From Parcubacteria group bacterium LiPW_15 (lineage in GTDB: Bacteria; Patescibacteriota; Minisyncoccia; UBA6257; 2-01-FULL-56-20): a stretch of 64,000 nt of DNA. The DNA is taken from assembly GCA_007375645.1 (NCBI GenBank), contig VMER01000003.1, forward strand, positions 10,008-74,007, in the 5' to 3' direction. Below are positions 41,107-50,897 of this stretch, one piece after another. The translations under genes and the position numbers were made by a program. The first letter of the stretch is position 1, and the number at the start of each line of letters is the position of its first letter. The notes beneath the pieces were generated by a model, which searched no databases, was not told the DNA's origin, and saw only the letters and a list, made by a program, of their open reading frames with translations.

Positions 41107-43032
41107 ATGATAGATTACTTAAAGCTTGGCGAAACTCCCGACCATGAGGCCCCGGAACAAAAACCTTCATGGGTGGCTTTTTCTCTCGGCGCAATATTGA
41201 TCGTTTCCGGAGCACTGATGTTTTTTGCCGCGAAAACCGACTCCGGCATAATGGATGAATTGGCACACATACCCTCCGGCTACGGATATGTGCACGAACT
41301 GGATTACAGACTGAATCCGGAACACCCGCCCCTTCTAAAGGCGATGTCCGCCCTTCCGCTCTTACTCCTTAACCCGGCTTTCCCGGTCAACGATCCGGCT
41401 TGGACGTCGGCGATAAACGGCCAATGGGATATGGGCTCAAGCTTTCTGTATAAATCCGGAAACGACCCCGACAAAATAATCTTTTGGGCCAGGCTTTTCC
41501 CGATAATTCTCACCCTCCTTCTATCGCTTCTCATTTTTCTCGTGGCCCGAGATCTTTTCGGACCAAAATGGGCGCTTTTACCAACCGCTCTTTTTGCCTT
41601 GTCTCCCACCGTTCTGGCCCACGGACACTATGTGACAACCGACATCGCAGCCGCATTCGGCATTCTTTTGGCTATTTATGCGTTTCTCGGGAATTTGAGC
41701 GACCCTTCCGGAAAAAAACTTTTATGGGCCGGTGTTGCGTTCGGCCTAGCCCAGCTTTTAAAATTCTCCGCCGTCCTCCTTGGTCCGCTATTCTTGATGT
41801 TGGTTTTTTTCTGGAGCATTTTTACGCTTGCTTCCGGCAGCTATTCCGGGTTCTGGGGATGGCTGGGATCCTTCTTCCGAATCTTTTTCAAAAAACTATG
41901 GATGACCTTTTTGGTTTTCGTGATTGGTGTCGTGATAATTGTCTATCCGGTTTATTTTCTTTTTACAAAAAACTATCCGCAAGCGCGGCAAACCGCGGAC
42001 ACGGAATATATTTTGAGCTCTTTCGCCGGCGGACCGCCAGGCCCGAACGCATCCTGCAATCCTACAAGGTGTCTCGCGGAAGCAACTATCTGGGCCACTA
42101 AAAACCCCGTAACCCGTCCGCTTGCCGAGTATGCCTTGGGTGCCTTAATGGTCACTCAACGCGCTGCCGGAGGGAACACTAACTACTTTTTGGGAGAAAT
42201 ATCCAACTCCGGCTCCAGAAGCTATTTCCCGATAGTCTTCGGCCTTAAAGAAACCCTGCCCACACTCATCTTTCTCCTTATCGCGTTCTTTCTTGCTATT
42301 TTGGCTGTCTTCCGCGGCTTAAGGAATAAGGCAAAAACCTTCGGTCAAAAAATGGCCGCCTACTTCGAAAATAATTTCGCTCAATTCACCTTCGCTCTGT
42401 TCATTGCCTTTTATTGGTTTATGAGCATGAAAAGCCCCCTGAACATAGGATTCCGGCATCTTTTGCCGACCATCCCGCTTTTCTATCTTCTTTTGACCTC
42501 CGCCTGGAAAAAGTGGGCCGAAAGCGGCAAACCGTTGTTCAAAAAAACATTGGTTGCCGTTTTGCTTGTCTGGTTCTTTGGTGAAACCGTATTTGCCGCT
42601 CCATATTTTCTTTCCTATTTCAACGAGATAGGCGGCGGTATTCCCAATGGATATAAGTATGTGACCGACTCCAACTATGATTGGGGACAGGATTTCTCGA
42701 GATTCCGAGACTGGGCTAAAGAAAATCTGAAAGGAGAAAAGATCGCCGTAGATTATTTCGGCGCGGCATCGCCCGAATACTATCTTCCCGGCCAAGCGGT
42801 CAACTGGTGGTCGGCCAAGGGGGACCCGAGAGGCTCCGGCATCCATTGGCTCGCGGTATCCGTAAACACCCTGGAAGGCGCCTTCGGCAAGCCTATTTAT
42901 TATTTCAAGCGGAATCCCGCGGATGAATACAAGTGGCTCGCCGCGATATATCCTAAAGAGGAAGGAATCGGGGGCGTCCCCAAACCGGACCTGAAGGCAG
43001 GAACAACTATTTTTATCTACCGCCTCCCCTGA
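41107..43032 (+). CDS. GT-C fold glycosyltransferase (family 39 / PMT-like)
   Basis: MDELAHI.SG, NPEHPPLLK, HGHYVTTD, DSNYDWGQD; many TM helices. Confidence 0.88.
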   Translation: MIDYLKLGETPDHEAPEQKPSWVAFSLGAILIVSGALMFFAAKTDSGIMDELAHIPSGYGYVHELDYRLNPEHPPLLKAMSALPLLLLNPAFPVNDPAWTSAINGQWDMGSSFLYKSGNDPDKIIFWARLFPIILTLLLSLLIFLVARDLFGPKWALLPTALFALSPTVLAHGHYVTTDIAAAFGILLAIYAFLGNLSDPSGKKLLWAGVAFGLAQLLKFSAVLLGPLFLMLVFFWSIFTLASGSYSGFWGWLGSFFRIFFKKLWMTFLVFVIGVVIIVYPVYFLFTKNYPQARQTADTEYILSSFAGGPPGPNASCNPTRCLAEATIWATKNPVTRPLAEYALGALMVTQRAAGGNTNYFLGEISNSGSRSYFPIVFGLKETLPTLIFLLIAFFLAILAVFRGLRNKAKTFGQKMAAYFENNFAQFTFALFIAFYWFMSMKSPLNIGFRHLLPTIPLFYLLLTSAWKKWAESGKPLFKKTLVAVLLVWFFGETVFAAPYFLSYFNEIGGGIPNGYKYVTDSNYDWGQDFSRFRDWAKENLKGEKIAVDYFGAASPEYYLPGQAVNWWSAKGDPRGSGIHWLAVSVNTLEGAFGKPIYYFKRNPADEYKWLAAIYPKEEGIGGVPKPDLKAGTTIFIYRLP

Positions 43033-43080
43033 GGCTGATTCCAAAATAAATAAAACTCCCCGTGGAATGCCCGGGGAGTT

Positions 43081-43890
43081 TTATTTATAGTAAGCGCGAT
43101 TTTGGATGCGCAAATCTATATACTGAAGTTTTGAAAAGGCCTTGGTCCCCTTCAATGTCTCCAGGAGATCCAAAAAGTTGGCTGCGGAAAATCTCAAACT
43201 GAAATAGATTAGCGGCCCTTCCGCCGTTTTCGCGGCTACTTCCTGAAGCGCCAGATCTTTAAGTTCAACGGAACGCGTGCCTATGCCGCTCGCTTCCAAA
43301 ACATCGAAAGCGCTTTTAAGGTTTGGGAAAAAATCTTCACCGAGAACGCGGTTCCCGAGTCCGAGCTTCCGACCGGATAAGTCGCTTACCGATTTTATGA
43401 TATTCCCTTCGGTCGAAAGGCCTCGTTTGAAAATATAACCGTCCCCATCAAACCAAAAACATTCCGGCGCTTCCGTCCCCATACACCAAATACCGTAAGG
43501 TTTCCTTTCGACAACGCGAATCTCAATTTTTTTGCTCCAATAGCGCTTAACTACGTCCATTGATTTTACTTGCGGCAAAAATTTTCCGGGGTTTTGGATG
43601 GTATCCGGCCAAATTAAAATATTTTTGAAGCCCAACGCGTATTTAACATAACTGCCCGCGAAAACCTGGGCCTCCAAGGCTGTCATTATTTCCGCCGAAA
43701 AAACTTCGCGATTGCCGGTTATCTCGATATCCTTCGCGCGAAAAAATCCCGTGCGAAAGGAAAGCAAGCAAAAAACAAGAAGCGCCGAGTACGCGGCGAG
43801 CAAAACTACAAGAAGTGCGGATAGGGTTCGCTTCCTCTTTCGCGCCCGTCCGGCGTCGCTTAAATATATTTTAACGTCCGATCTGGCCAT
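43081..43890 (-). CDS. Cell division protein FtsQ/DivIB-like
   Basis: TM, IEITGN POTRA start, VVERKP, C-terminal YIDLR. Confidence 0.75.
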   Translation of the reverse strand: MARSDVKIYLSDAGRARKRKRTLSALLVVLLAAYSALLVFCLLSFRTGFFRAKDIEITGNREVFSAEIMTALEAQVFAGSYVKYALGFKNILIWPDTIQNPGKFLPQVKSMDVVKRYWSKKIEIRVVERKPYGIWCMGTEAPECFWFDGDGYIFKRGLSTEGNIIKSVSDLSGRKLGLGNRVLGEDFFPNLKSAFDVLEASGIGTRSVELKDLALQEVAAKTAEGPLIYFSLRFSAANFLDLLETLKGTKAFSKLQYIDLRIQNRAYYK

Positions 43891-43990
43891 ATGGCTAAAG
43901 TCTCTTAAATCATAGAACAAATTAGGGAACCTCGGAATATGCTAAAATTAATCAAAGGGTAGAAAATAAAAACAAACACGCCAAAACCAG

Positions 43991-44722
43991 ATGAGACTCA
44001 TAACGCCCAGACACGAAAAGAACGGGGTAAACCTCCCGGCCTCCAAGTTGCCGTCGCAAGCGAAGCCGCACGGAGATTTCCGGGACTCCTTCCACTGGAG
44101 AGTTCTCCGCATACTTTCCGAATTTACGGACGGTTTCACCTTCCTCGCGGACTTCAACGAAGTTAAAACCGTTAGTTTTTTCGGCTCCGCGCGTTTTCTG
44201 GAAGATAATCATTGGTATAAAGAAGCTCAGCGCTTAGGCGAAATATTGGGTGAAAAGGGGTATGGGGTGGTTACCGGCGGCGGTCCGGGCATAATGGAGG
44301 CCGGCAACCGAGGAGCCCATGAAGGCGGCGGAGAATCCATCGGGCTCAATATCCAACTCCCCTTTGAACAGCGCATCAACCCTTGGGTGAGAAAAGGCAT
44401 CGGCTTCCACTACTTCTTCAGCCGAAAAGTTATGCTCACTTATGCCGCCCAGGCTTATGTCTATTTCCCGGGAGGATTCGGAACCCTAGATGAGTTTTTC
44501 GAGATGGTGACTCTTATCCAAACGAAAAAGAGGCTTGGGAATATTCCTGTCATTTGTATCGGTCGCGATTTCTGGACCCCCCTCCTCAAATGGGTAGAAA
44601 CTGATGTCTATGGGAAATTTGCGGCTATCGACAAAGAGGATATGAAAATTTATAACGTCGTGGATACCGCCGAAGAAGCTTGGAAGATAATCAAGAAATC
44701 CCCGCACATAAAATATTTCTAA
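43991..44722 (+). CDS. LOG-family (TIGR00730) nucleotide phosphoribohydrolase
   Basis: FGSAR, TGGGPGIMEAGNRGA, PGGFGTLDE. Confidence 0.93.
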   Translation: MRLITPRHEKNGVNLPASKLPSQAKPHGDFRDSFHWRVLRILSEFTDGFTFLADFNEVKTVSFFGSARFLEDNHWYKEAQRLGEILGEKGYGVVTGGGPGIMEAGNRGAHEGGGESIGLNIQLPFEQRINPWVRKGIGFHYFFSRKVMLTYAAQAYVYFPGGFGTLDEFFEMVTLIQTKKRLGNIPVICIGRDFWTPLLKWVETDVYGKFAAIDKEDMKIYNVVDTAEEAWKIIKKSPHIKYF

Positions 44723-44761
44723 AGACTACAAAAAAACACCGTTTAGGTGTTTTTTTGCTTC

Positions 44762-45283
44762 TGTGGACTACATACGAGTCTATTGGAACCAAATTGTAGC
44801 GGATCTGTACCAGTGGCATCTCTTAATGGAGTATGAGAAAAATTCCGACGCCCTACTTCAACTTCTCTAACAAATTATCATATTCCGAAACCCATTCTGG
44901 ATGAATAGTCCATTTAACATCTTGCCCATCATCTTTTTTCCTTGGCACAATGTGGAAATGAACATGAAATACATCTTGCTGGGCTTCAGGCCCAGAACTG
45001 TTAATAATCTGTAAATTTTCTATTCCTAATTTCTCCTTATACAAAACTGATAGTTTTTTGACGACCCCAATTATTTGCTCGAGTTCTTTTGTCGGAACAT
45101 CAAATATATTTTCGTAATGGCTCTTTGGAATAATTAGAGTGTGATATTTACTTGCGGGGTGAATATCTAGAAATGCGTACACATTTTCATCCTCGTAGAC
45201 TTTCCAAGATTTTTCGTTCCTTTTGCTTATTTCACAGAATATACATTTATTCATATTGGTTCTAAAAAATAATTTTGTGGACC
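44762..45283. mobile_element. Relic islet at the tRNA-Ala 3' end carrying a HIT gene
   Basis: TGTGGAC direct repeat at 44762 and 45276; start-less tail VDYIRVYWNQIVADLYQW...; AT-rich cargo. Confidence 0.6.
44853..45254 (-). CDS. HIT-family hydrolase
   Basis: CIFC, AFLDIHP, HVHFHIVPR. Confidence 0.93.
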   Translation of the reverse strand: MNKCIFCEISKRNEKSWKVYEDENVYAFLDIHPASKYHTLIIPKSHYENIFDVPTKELEQIIGVVKKLSVLYKEKLGIENLQIINSSGPEAQQDVFHVHFHIVPRKKDDGQDVKWTIHPEWVSEYDNLLEKLK

Positions 45284-45348
45284 TACGGGGAGTCGAACCC
45301 CGACCTGTTCCATGCCATGGAACCGTTCTACCGCTATACTATAGGCCC
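45278..45348 (-). tRNA. tRNA-Ala(GGC)
   Basis: GGGCCTA acceptor with G3:U70, GTTCC-ATGGCAT-GGAAC anticodon arm, GTTCGAC T-loop. Confidence 0.95.
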
Positions 45349-45451
45349 AAGTGAGGATCTAAAACGGAAGTGCGGAGCAATTACGTTTTTTCCGAGCGAT
45401 GGGCATATATCGATCCTTTAAGATATAGGCCCTTATTCTTTTATCTATTCA

Positions 45452-45760
45452 TTATATGGGATGAACTCCACGCTTGTGAAGTGCATCTGCTGTTTTCATA
45501 TCCGGAAACAGAACCTTAGAGATAACGACGTCCCGCAAATGATAATTATGGATGGCCTCTCCGATTTTAATCGGGAATGGATCTTTTTTGAGCAAATGTG
45601 CTTCGTGCCCGCCGACTTTCAGGATTATTTCGCTCCCGTTATTTTCATATTCAAACTCATTCCCATCAGCCTTCAAAATATTGACGTAAAATCCAATCTC
45701 TTTATCTATCTTTTCCGACTCCTCTTTAAAATCTTCTTCCCTCCACAATTCCTTACTCAT
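45452..45760 (-). CDS. Hypothetical protein
   Basis: 102-aa ORF with protein-like composition. Confidence 0.6.
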   Translation of the reverse strand: MSKELWREEDFKEESEKIDKEIGFYVNILKADGNEFEYENNGSEIILKVGGHEAHLLKKDPFPIKIGEAIHNYHLRDVVISKVLFPDMKTADALHKRGVHPI

Positions 45761-45830
45761 TTGAGTGATTCTAAACCAAACAATATAAATTGTAAAATCT
45801 CCCCGGGTATTGTATATTCAACTAGAAAAA

Positions 45831-45905
45831 GCCCTCGTAGTTCAATGGATAGAACTGCTCACTCCTAACGAGCCGATCGAGGTTCGATTCCTCGCGAGGG
45901 CACCA
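45831..45905 (+). tRNA. tRNA-Arg(CCT)
   Basis: GCCCTCG/CGAGGGC acceptor, CTCCTAA loop, GTTCGAT T-loop, encoded CCA. Confidence 0.95.
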
Positions 45906-45955
45906 AACAAAAAAACTGGTCACTTGCCGGCCAGTTTTTTGTTTGCGTGTTTCGA

Positions 45956-46071
45956 GCGAGGAATCGAACAGCGAAAGGGGTCGGGAAACCGCGCTCGGTT
46001 TCCCGTGTTGGAAATTATTCAAAACCGAGGGTTTTGAAAAGCGAAGCGCGCGAGCTTCCTCGCGAGGGCAC
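45956..46071 (+). repeat. tRNA-flanking repeat, copy 2 (ends match tRNA-Arg 3' end)
   Basis: Inverted T-arm GCGAGGAATCGAAC, conserved core, direct copy TTCCTCGCGAGGGCAC. Confidence 0.8.
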
Positions 46072-46219
46072 AAATATAAAAACAGGACCTATCGGGTTCT
46101 GTTTTTATATTTCGTCTTTATTGGAGGAACCGAACAGTTAGAAAAAGAACTCATTTGCCAAAACCCAACATAGCTGGCATAATAGGAACCGGTTCAAATT
46201 TCTTAACGAGGAGGACTTG

Positions 46220-46531
46220 ATGTCTACGAAACCTCTACTGGTGCGAGTTTGCCCGAAGTGCTACCTAGCACTGGGCAAGGCGGAAACTGCCTGCAGGGTG
46301 GACGAGAAGACAATCGAGAAAGCCGAGAAGGCGGCGCTCGGGACAAAAAGCGACGACGCGCTCTTCCGGTTCTCAGAGCTCGCCAGGATCGGAGAGAACG
46401 GCGGGCTGCACAAACTGTGTGCGGAACAGATCGCTCACGCGCTTCTGGCGCCCACGGAAAAGTGCTCCCCTGACCTCGCGACGGAAACGCTGGCGCGACA
46501 GACTGCCAAAGAGCTCTGCCACCCCAGCTAA
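46220..46531 (+). CDS. Hypothetical Cys-containing protein
   Basis: GAGGAGG SD, CxxC motif, terminator downstream. Confidence 0.6.
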   Translation: MSTKPLLVRVCPKCYLALGKAETACRVDEKTIEKAEKAALGTKSDDALFRFSELARIGENGGLHKLCAEQIAHALLAPTEKCSPDLATETLARQTAKELCHPS

Positions 46532-46644
46532 CCAACCGCTCGCTCTTCTCGCTCTTCGCCCTTCGGCTTCGGCCGGAGGGCTTCCTTTTTATTTGGTCTC
46601 AAAGTAAAATCAGCAGAGGAAGGAGTGTTCGTCCCGGATAAAGC

Positions 46645-46731
46645 GGTGGGGTGGCTGAGTGGTCTAAGGCGCCACACTCGAAATGTGGTGTACCCGAAAG
46701 GGTACCGTGAGTTCAAATCTCACCCCCACCG
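46645..46731 (+). tRNA. tRNA-Ser(CGA)
   Basis: CCACA-CTCGAAA-TGTGG anticodon arm, long variable arm GTACCC-GAAA-GGGTAC, G73. Confidence 0.95.
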
Positions 46732-46829
46732 CTTTGAACGGAACGCATGGCCGACTAGCCGAAGTAAAAATGTAAATCGCTTTTTGTTATCAACAATAGA
46801 AAGTGAATTTTAAATGCTACAATTAATGC

Positions 46830-47873
46830 ATGCAGGACAAACAAGTTATCGCGACCATAAAAAATGTGATGCCCGCAGTGGTTTCCATCGTCATTTCGAA
46901 AAATCTTGCCGACGTTAAAAAAGAAATTCCGGCTTTCGCTCCTCTTTTTAAGAAGAATAAAGATAAAAAATTCAAAGTCGCCGACATTCTGACCGATTCC
47001 AAAGGAATGGTGAATGTGGGAGGCGGTAGCGGCTTTGTCGTCTCCCCCGAAGGCCTTATCGTTACCAATAAGCACGTCATCTCCGATCCGAAGGCTGAAT
47101 ATTCGGTAATTACGAACGACGGGGAAAGCCATCCGGCAATCATCATGACCCGCGATCCCATCTATGATGTGGCGATTTTGAAGATAAAAGCTTCGGGACT
47201 CCCGACCGTGAAACTCGGGGATGCCACCAAAGTTGAGTTGGGCGAAAGCGTTATTGCCATAGGCAATGCCTTGGGAATTTTCAGAAACACCGTATCATTG
47301 GGCATCGTTTCGGGACTCTCAAGGGCCATAACCGCCCAAGCCGATCCCAAAGCTCCCCCGCAGGAAATGCGAGGCCTCATTCAAACCGACGCCGCGATCA
47401 ACCCAGGAAACTCCGGCGGACCGCTTGTAGACCTGGATGGTAGGGCAATTGGCATCAACGCCGCAGTGGTCTTTGGGGCACAGAACATAAACTTCGCGAT
47501 TCCGATAAATGCGGTAAGCCGCGATCTGGAAGACCTGCACCGCTTCGGCCACATCCGTCGGCCGTATCTTGGTCTTCGCTACATAATCATCGACGAAAAT
47601 TTGCAATCCAAGATGAATTTGCCCGTCAATCATGGCGCCTTGATCACCGGTGAAGGCCCCAAGGATCATGCGGTAGTGCCGAAAAGTCCTGCGGATAAGG
47701 CAGGCGTAAAGGAGGGAGATGTAATATTGGAATGCAATGGAAAGGAAATTAGGCGAGACCAACCGATACAGGATATTTTGGATGGAATGAAAGTGGGAGA
47801 GGGTTTAAACGTAAAAATACTGCGCAACGGCAAACAGTTTGAAGCGCGGATAATTATGGCGGAGAGAAAGTAG
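46830..47873 (+). CDS. HtrA/DegP-family serine protease with PDZ domain
   Basis: GGGSGF, TNKHV, IQTDAAINPGNSGGP; no obvious signal peptide or TM. Confidence 0.93.
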   Translation: MQDKQVIATIKNVMPAVVSIVISKNLADVKKEIPAFAPLFKKNKDKKFKVADILTDSKGMVNVGGGSGFVVSPEGLIVTNKHVISDPKAEYSVITNDGESHPAIIMTRDPIYDVAILKIKASGLPTVKLGDATKVELGESVIAIGNALGIFRNTVSLGIVSGLSRAITAQADPKAPPQEMRGLIQTDAAINPGNSGGPLVDLDGRAIGINAAVVFGAQNINFAIPINAVSRDLEDLHRFGHIRRPYLGLRYIIIDENLQSKMNLPVNHGALITGEGPKDHAVVPKSPADKAGVKEGDVILECNGKEIRRDQPIQDILDGMKVGEGLNVKILRNGKQFEARIIMAERK

Positions 47874-47881
47874 CCGCCGTC

Positions 47882-48391
47882 CTAGTAGGTGTACTTATCT
47901 ACGAGAGTGCCGGATTTCGAATATAAATATATCGTATCGCCCGAGTTTAAGAATCTCTGACCGAAATAATAAGTTTTTGGCGCGTCTCCGAAAGCGGGAG
48001 CGGTCCTTGAAGAGATAACCAGAACTCCGCCGGCCGATACTCGCATCGCCGGAATGATTATATTTTTGAGCGAAGTTTTAACCTGCCAGCCGCCGATGTC
48101 CACCCGCGAAGGAGAATTGCTTGCTACCGAAAGTCGAAGCTCCCCCACGTCGCCCGAAGAAGAGATGGAAACGCCGGCGATCCGCACGTAATCCGCCCCC
48201 GAGGGAGTCGGAGTTATTTTGGCTCCGGATGGATTCGTCGGCACCGTCCTTGGCGTCGGAGCGGAATATTCTGGATTGAAAAATTTTACGAGTCCCGGAT
48301 GCTTTTCCCAAAAGGCAGGCTGGAAAATATATAACAAAAAAATGATGAGACAGAGAAAGAAAAGGTATTTAATAAAATCGTCTTTGAACAT
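47882..48391 (-). CDS. Membrane-anchored protein with lamin-tail-like domain
   Basis: N-terminal TM; VDIGGWQV...LNSGDTIYLY..SG.LVD.Y. Confidence 0.65.
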   Translation of the reverse strand: MFKDDFIKYLFFLCLIIFLLYIFQPAFWEKHPGLVKFFNPEYSAPTPRTVPTNPSGAKITPTPSGADYVRIAGVSISSSGDVGELRLSVASNSPSRVDIGGWQVKTSLKNIIIPAMRVSAGGVLVISSRTAPAFGDAPKTYYFGQRFLNSGDTIYLYSKSGTLVDKYTY

Positions 48392-48399
48392 AAAGATCC

Positions 48400-50862
48400 C
48401 TAGATAACAATGTTTATGAGCCTTCCCGGAACATAGATGATACGCTTAACCGCCGCGCCGGCCATCGCTTGCTTAACTTTTTCTTCCGCAAGAGCCTTTG
48501 TTTTTGCCTCCTCTTCCGTGGCGCCCGCAACCATTTCCACACTCCCCTTCATTTTGCCGTTCACCTGTATCGCTAAGTTAAAGGTTTTCTCCTCGCATAA
48601 CACAGGGTTATATTCCGGCCATTTTTCGAGGTGTATGGACTCTTTGCTTTTTGGGTTCAGAACCGTCCACAGCTCCTCGGTTATGTGCGGAGCAAAAGGC
48701 GCCAAAAGCTTTAACAAAATTTCTTTGTCGGATGAAGAAGCGCCGTTCGCTTCCAAGTCGTTTAGAAGAATCATCATGGCGCTTATGGCGGTATTATAGC
48801 GGAAACTCTCAAGGTCTTCTCCAACCTTCTTAATGGTTTTGTGGATTATCGCGCCATTGCCCGAGCGTTCGCCCGACCCCTCTTGGATCAACTTCCAAAC
48901 GCGGCTTAGGAATCTTGAAATTCCCAGAATACCCTGGTCGTTCCAGCTTACGCTCATCTCGTGCGGACCCAAGAACATCTCGTACATTCGAAGAGTATCC
49001 GCGCCGAAATTGGAAACTATCAGATCGGGGTTGACCACATTGCCGCGGCTCTTGCTCATCTTTTCGCCGTCTGCGGCCAAAACTATTCCGTGCGGATGGC
49101 GTTTTCTATAAGGCTCCTTGGTGGAGACCAAGCCTTGGTCGTAAAGAAACAGATTCCAGAAGCGGGAGTATAAAAGATGCAATGTGGTGTGTTCCATTCC
49201 TCCAAGATATACGTCCACGGGAGTCCAATATTCGAGCTTTTCTTTCGCGGCGAATTCTTTTTTATTCTTTGGATCGGTATAGCGAAGCCAATACCAGGAA
49301 GAGCCTGCCCACTGAGGCATGGTATTCGTTTCACGCTTGGCAGGACCGCCGCACTTCGGACACTTTGTATTCACCCAGTCCTCCATTGCCGCGAGCGGGG
49401 ACTCCCCCGTTCCGGTCGGTTCGTATTTTTTAACTTTCGGCAATTCAACCGGCAGATCTTCTTCGGGAACGGCTACTGTTCCGCACTTCGCGCAATGAAC
49501 CAGAGGAATCGGTTCGCCCCAATAACGCTGTCGGCTAAAAACCCAATCGCGCAATCTATATTGGATCTTTTTCTCTCCGCCGGCCATCTTGGTTATCTCC
49601 CATTTGGCTTTTTCGGATTCCATTAGATCGAATTTCCCGGAATTGACCAAATAGCCATCGTCGAGCGCGCCGGAAAACTCCTCCCCTTTTTCTTTTTTCT
49701 CGTCGGCTACCCGCTTATATTCCTTGGCCTGCGCGTCCATGCTTTCATCTCCGGGCAACGCCTTCTCGTGCAATACAACTTTTATGGGCAAATTAAATTT
49801 CTTCGCAAATTCAAAATCCCGTTCATCGTGCGCCGGAACCGCCATAATTGCTCCCGTGCCATAACCCGAGAGAACGTAGTCCGCGATAAAAATCGGTATC
49901 TTTTCGCCATTCACCGGATTTATGGATTTTATGCCCCTAAGTTCCACTCCCGTTTTCTGCTTGCCCTCCGCCGTTCTATCTTCTTCCGATTTCGCCTTCG
50001 TAGTTTCTACATATTCCTGGATCTCTTTGTAATTTGAGATTTGAGCTTTAAGTTTTTCTACGAGTTCATGTTCCGGGGCTAAGACCATGTAGGTTGCGCC
50101 GAACAAGGTATCGGGGCGGGTAGTGAAAACTCTTATAGTCTCTTCCGTTCCGTCAACTTTAAAATCCAATTCCGCGCCCTCGCTGCGCCCGATCCAATTT
50201 TCCTGTTGGAGTTTTATCGCTTCCGGCCACTCCGGAAGATTTTTTAATCCTTCCAAAAGTTTTTCCGCATACGCAGTAATTTTGAGATACCACTGGCGCA
50301 ACTCTTTTTTCTCTACGGGTGTGCCGCACCTATCGCACTTGCCGCCCACAACCTCTTCATTTGCCAGTCCGGTTTTGTCCTTTGGGCACCAATTAATAAG
50401 ACCGGTCGCTTCATAGGCCAAGCCGGCTTTATAAAATTGGAGGAATATCCACTGCGTCCACCTGTAATAATCCGGATCCGTGGTGTTCACCTCCCGCGTC
50501 CAATCAAAGCTCAGACCCCAAGAGAGCATCTGCCGTTTGGCATTCTCTATATTCTTTTCCGTGGAAACACTCGGCTGAACTCCGTGTTTAATGGCATAGT
50601 TTTCGGCGGGTAGTCCGAATGCATCCCAACCGATCGGGAAAATAACATTATTCCCCTTCATCCGCATATAGCGGGAATAGGTGTCGCCCGCGACGTACGG
50701 ACGAAGATGCCCCATATGCAATCCTTCGCCGGAAGGGTACGGAAACTCTACCAATACATACTTTTTTGGCTTGGAATCAAAATCTTTGGCGGAATAAATC
50801 CCGCTTTTAGCCCATTCTTTTTGCCACTTGGCTTCTATCTTTTTCGGATCGTACTTTTGCAT
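48400..50862 (-). CDS. leuS: Leucyl-tRNA synthetase
   Basis: FPYPSG.GLHMGH, VFTTRPDT editing domain, KMSKS. Confidence 0.97.
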   Translation of the reverse strand: MQKYDPKKIEAKWQKEWAKSGIYSAKDFDSKPKKYVLVEFPYPSGEGLHMGHLRPYVAGDTYSRYMRMKGNNVIFPIGWDAFGLPAENYAIKHGVQPSVSTEKNIENAKRQMLSWGLSFDWTREVNTTDPDYYRWTQWIFLQFYKAGLAYEATGLINWCPKDKTGLANEEVVGGKCDRCGTPVEKKELRQWYLKITAYAEKLLEGLKNLPEWPEAIKLQQENWIGRSEGAELDFKVDGTEETIRVFTTRPDTLFGATYMVLAPEHELVEKLKAQISNYKEIQEYVETTKAKSEEDRTAEGKQKTGVELRGIKSINPVNGEKIPIFIADYVLSGYGTGAIMAVPAHDERDFEFAKKFNLPIKVVLHEKALPGDESMDAQAKEYKRVADEKKEKGEEFSGALDDGYLVNSGKFDLMESEKAKWEITKMAGGEKKIQYRLRDWVFSRQRYWGEPIPLVHCAKCGTVAVPEEDLPVELPKVKKYEPTGTGESPLAAMEDWVNTKCPKCGGPAKRETNTMPQWAGSSWYWLRYTDPKNKKEFAAKEKLEYWTPVDVYLGGMEHTTLHLLYSRFWNLFLYDQGLVSTKEPYRKRHPHGIVLAADGEKMSKSRGNVVNPDLIVSNFGADTLRMYEMFLGPHEMSVSWNDQGILGISRFLSRVWKLIQEGSGERSGNGAIIHKTIKKVGEDLESFRYNTAISAMMILLNDLEANGASSSDKEILLKLLAPFAPHITEELWTVLNPKSKESIHLEKWPEYNPVLCEEKTFNLAIQVNGKMKGSVEMVAGATEEEAKTKALAEEKVKQAMAGAAVKRIIYVPGRLINIVI

Positions 50863-50897
50863 TTGTTTCTCAATTCTATCCGAATTCTTGCGGCTTC

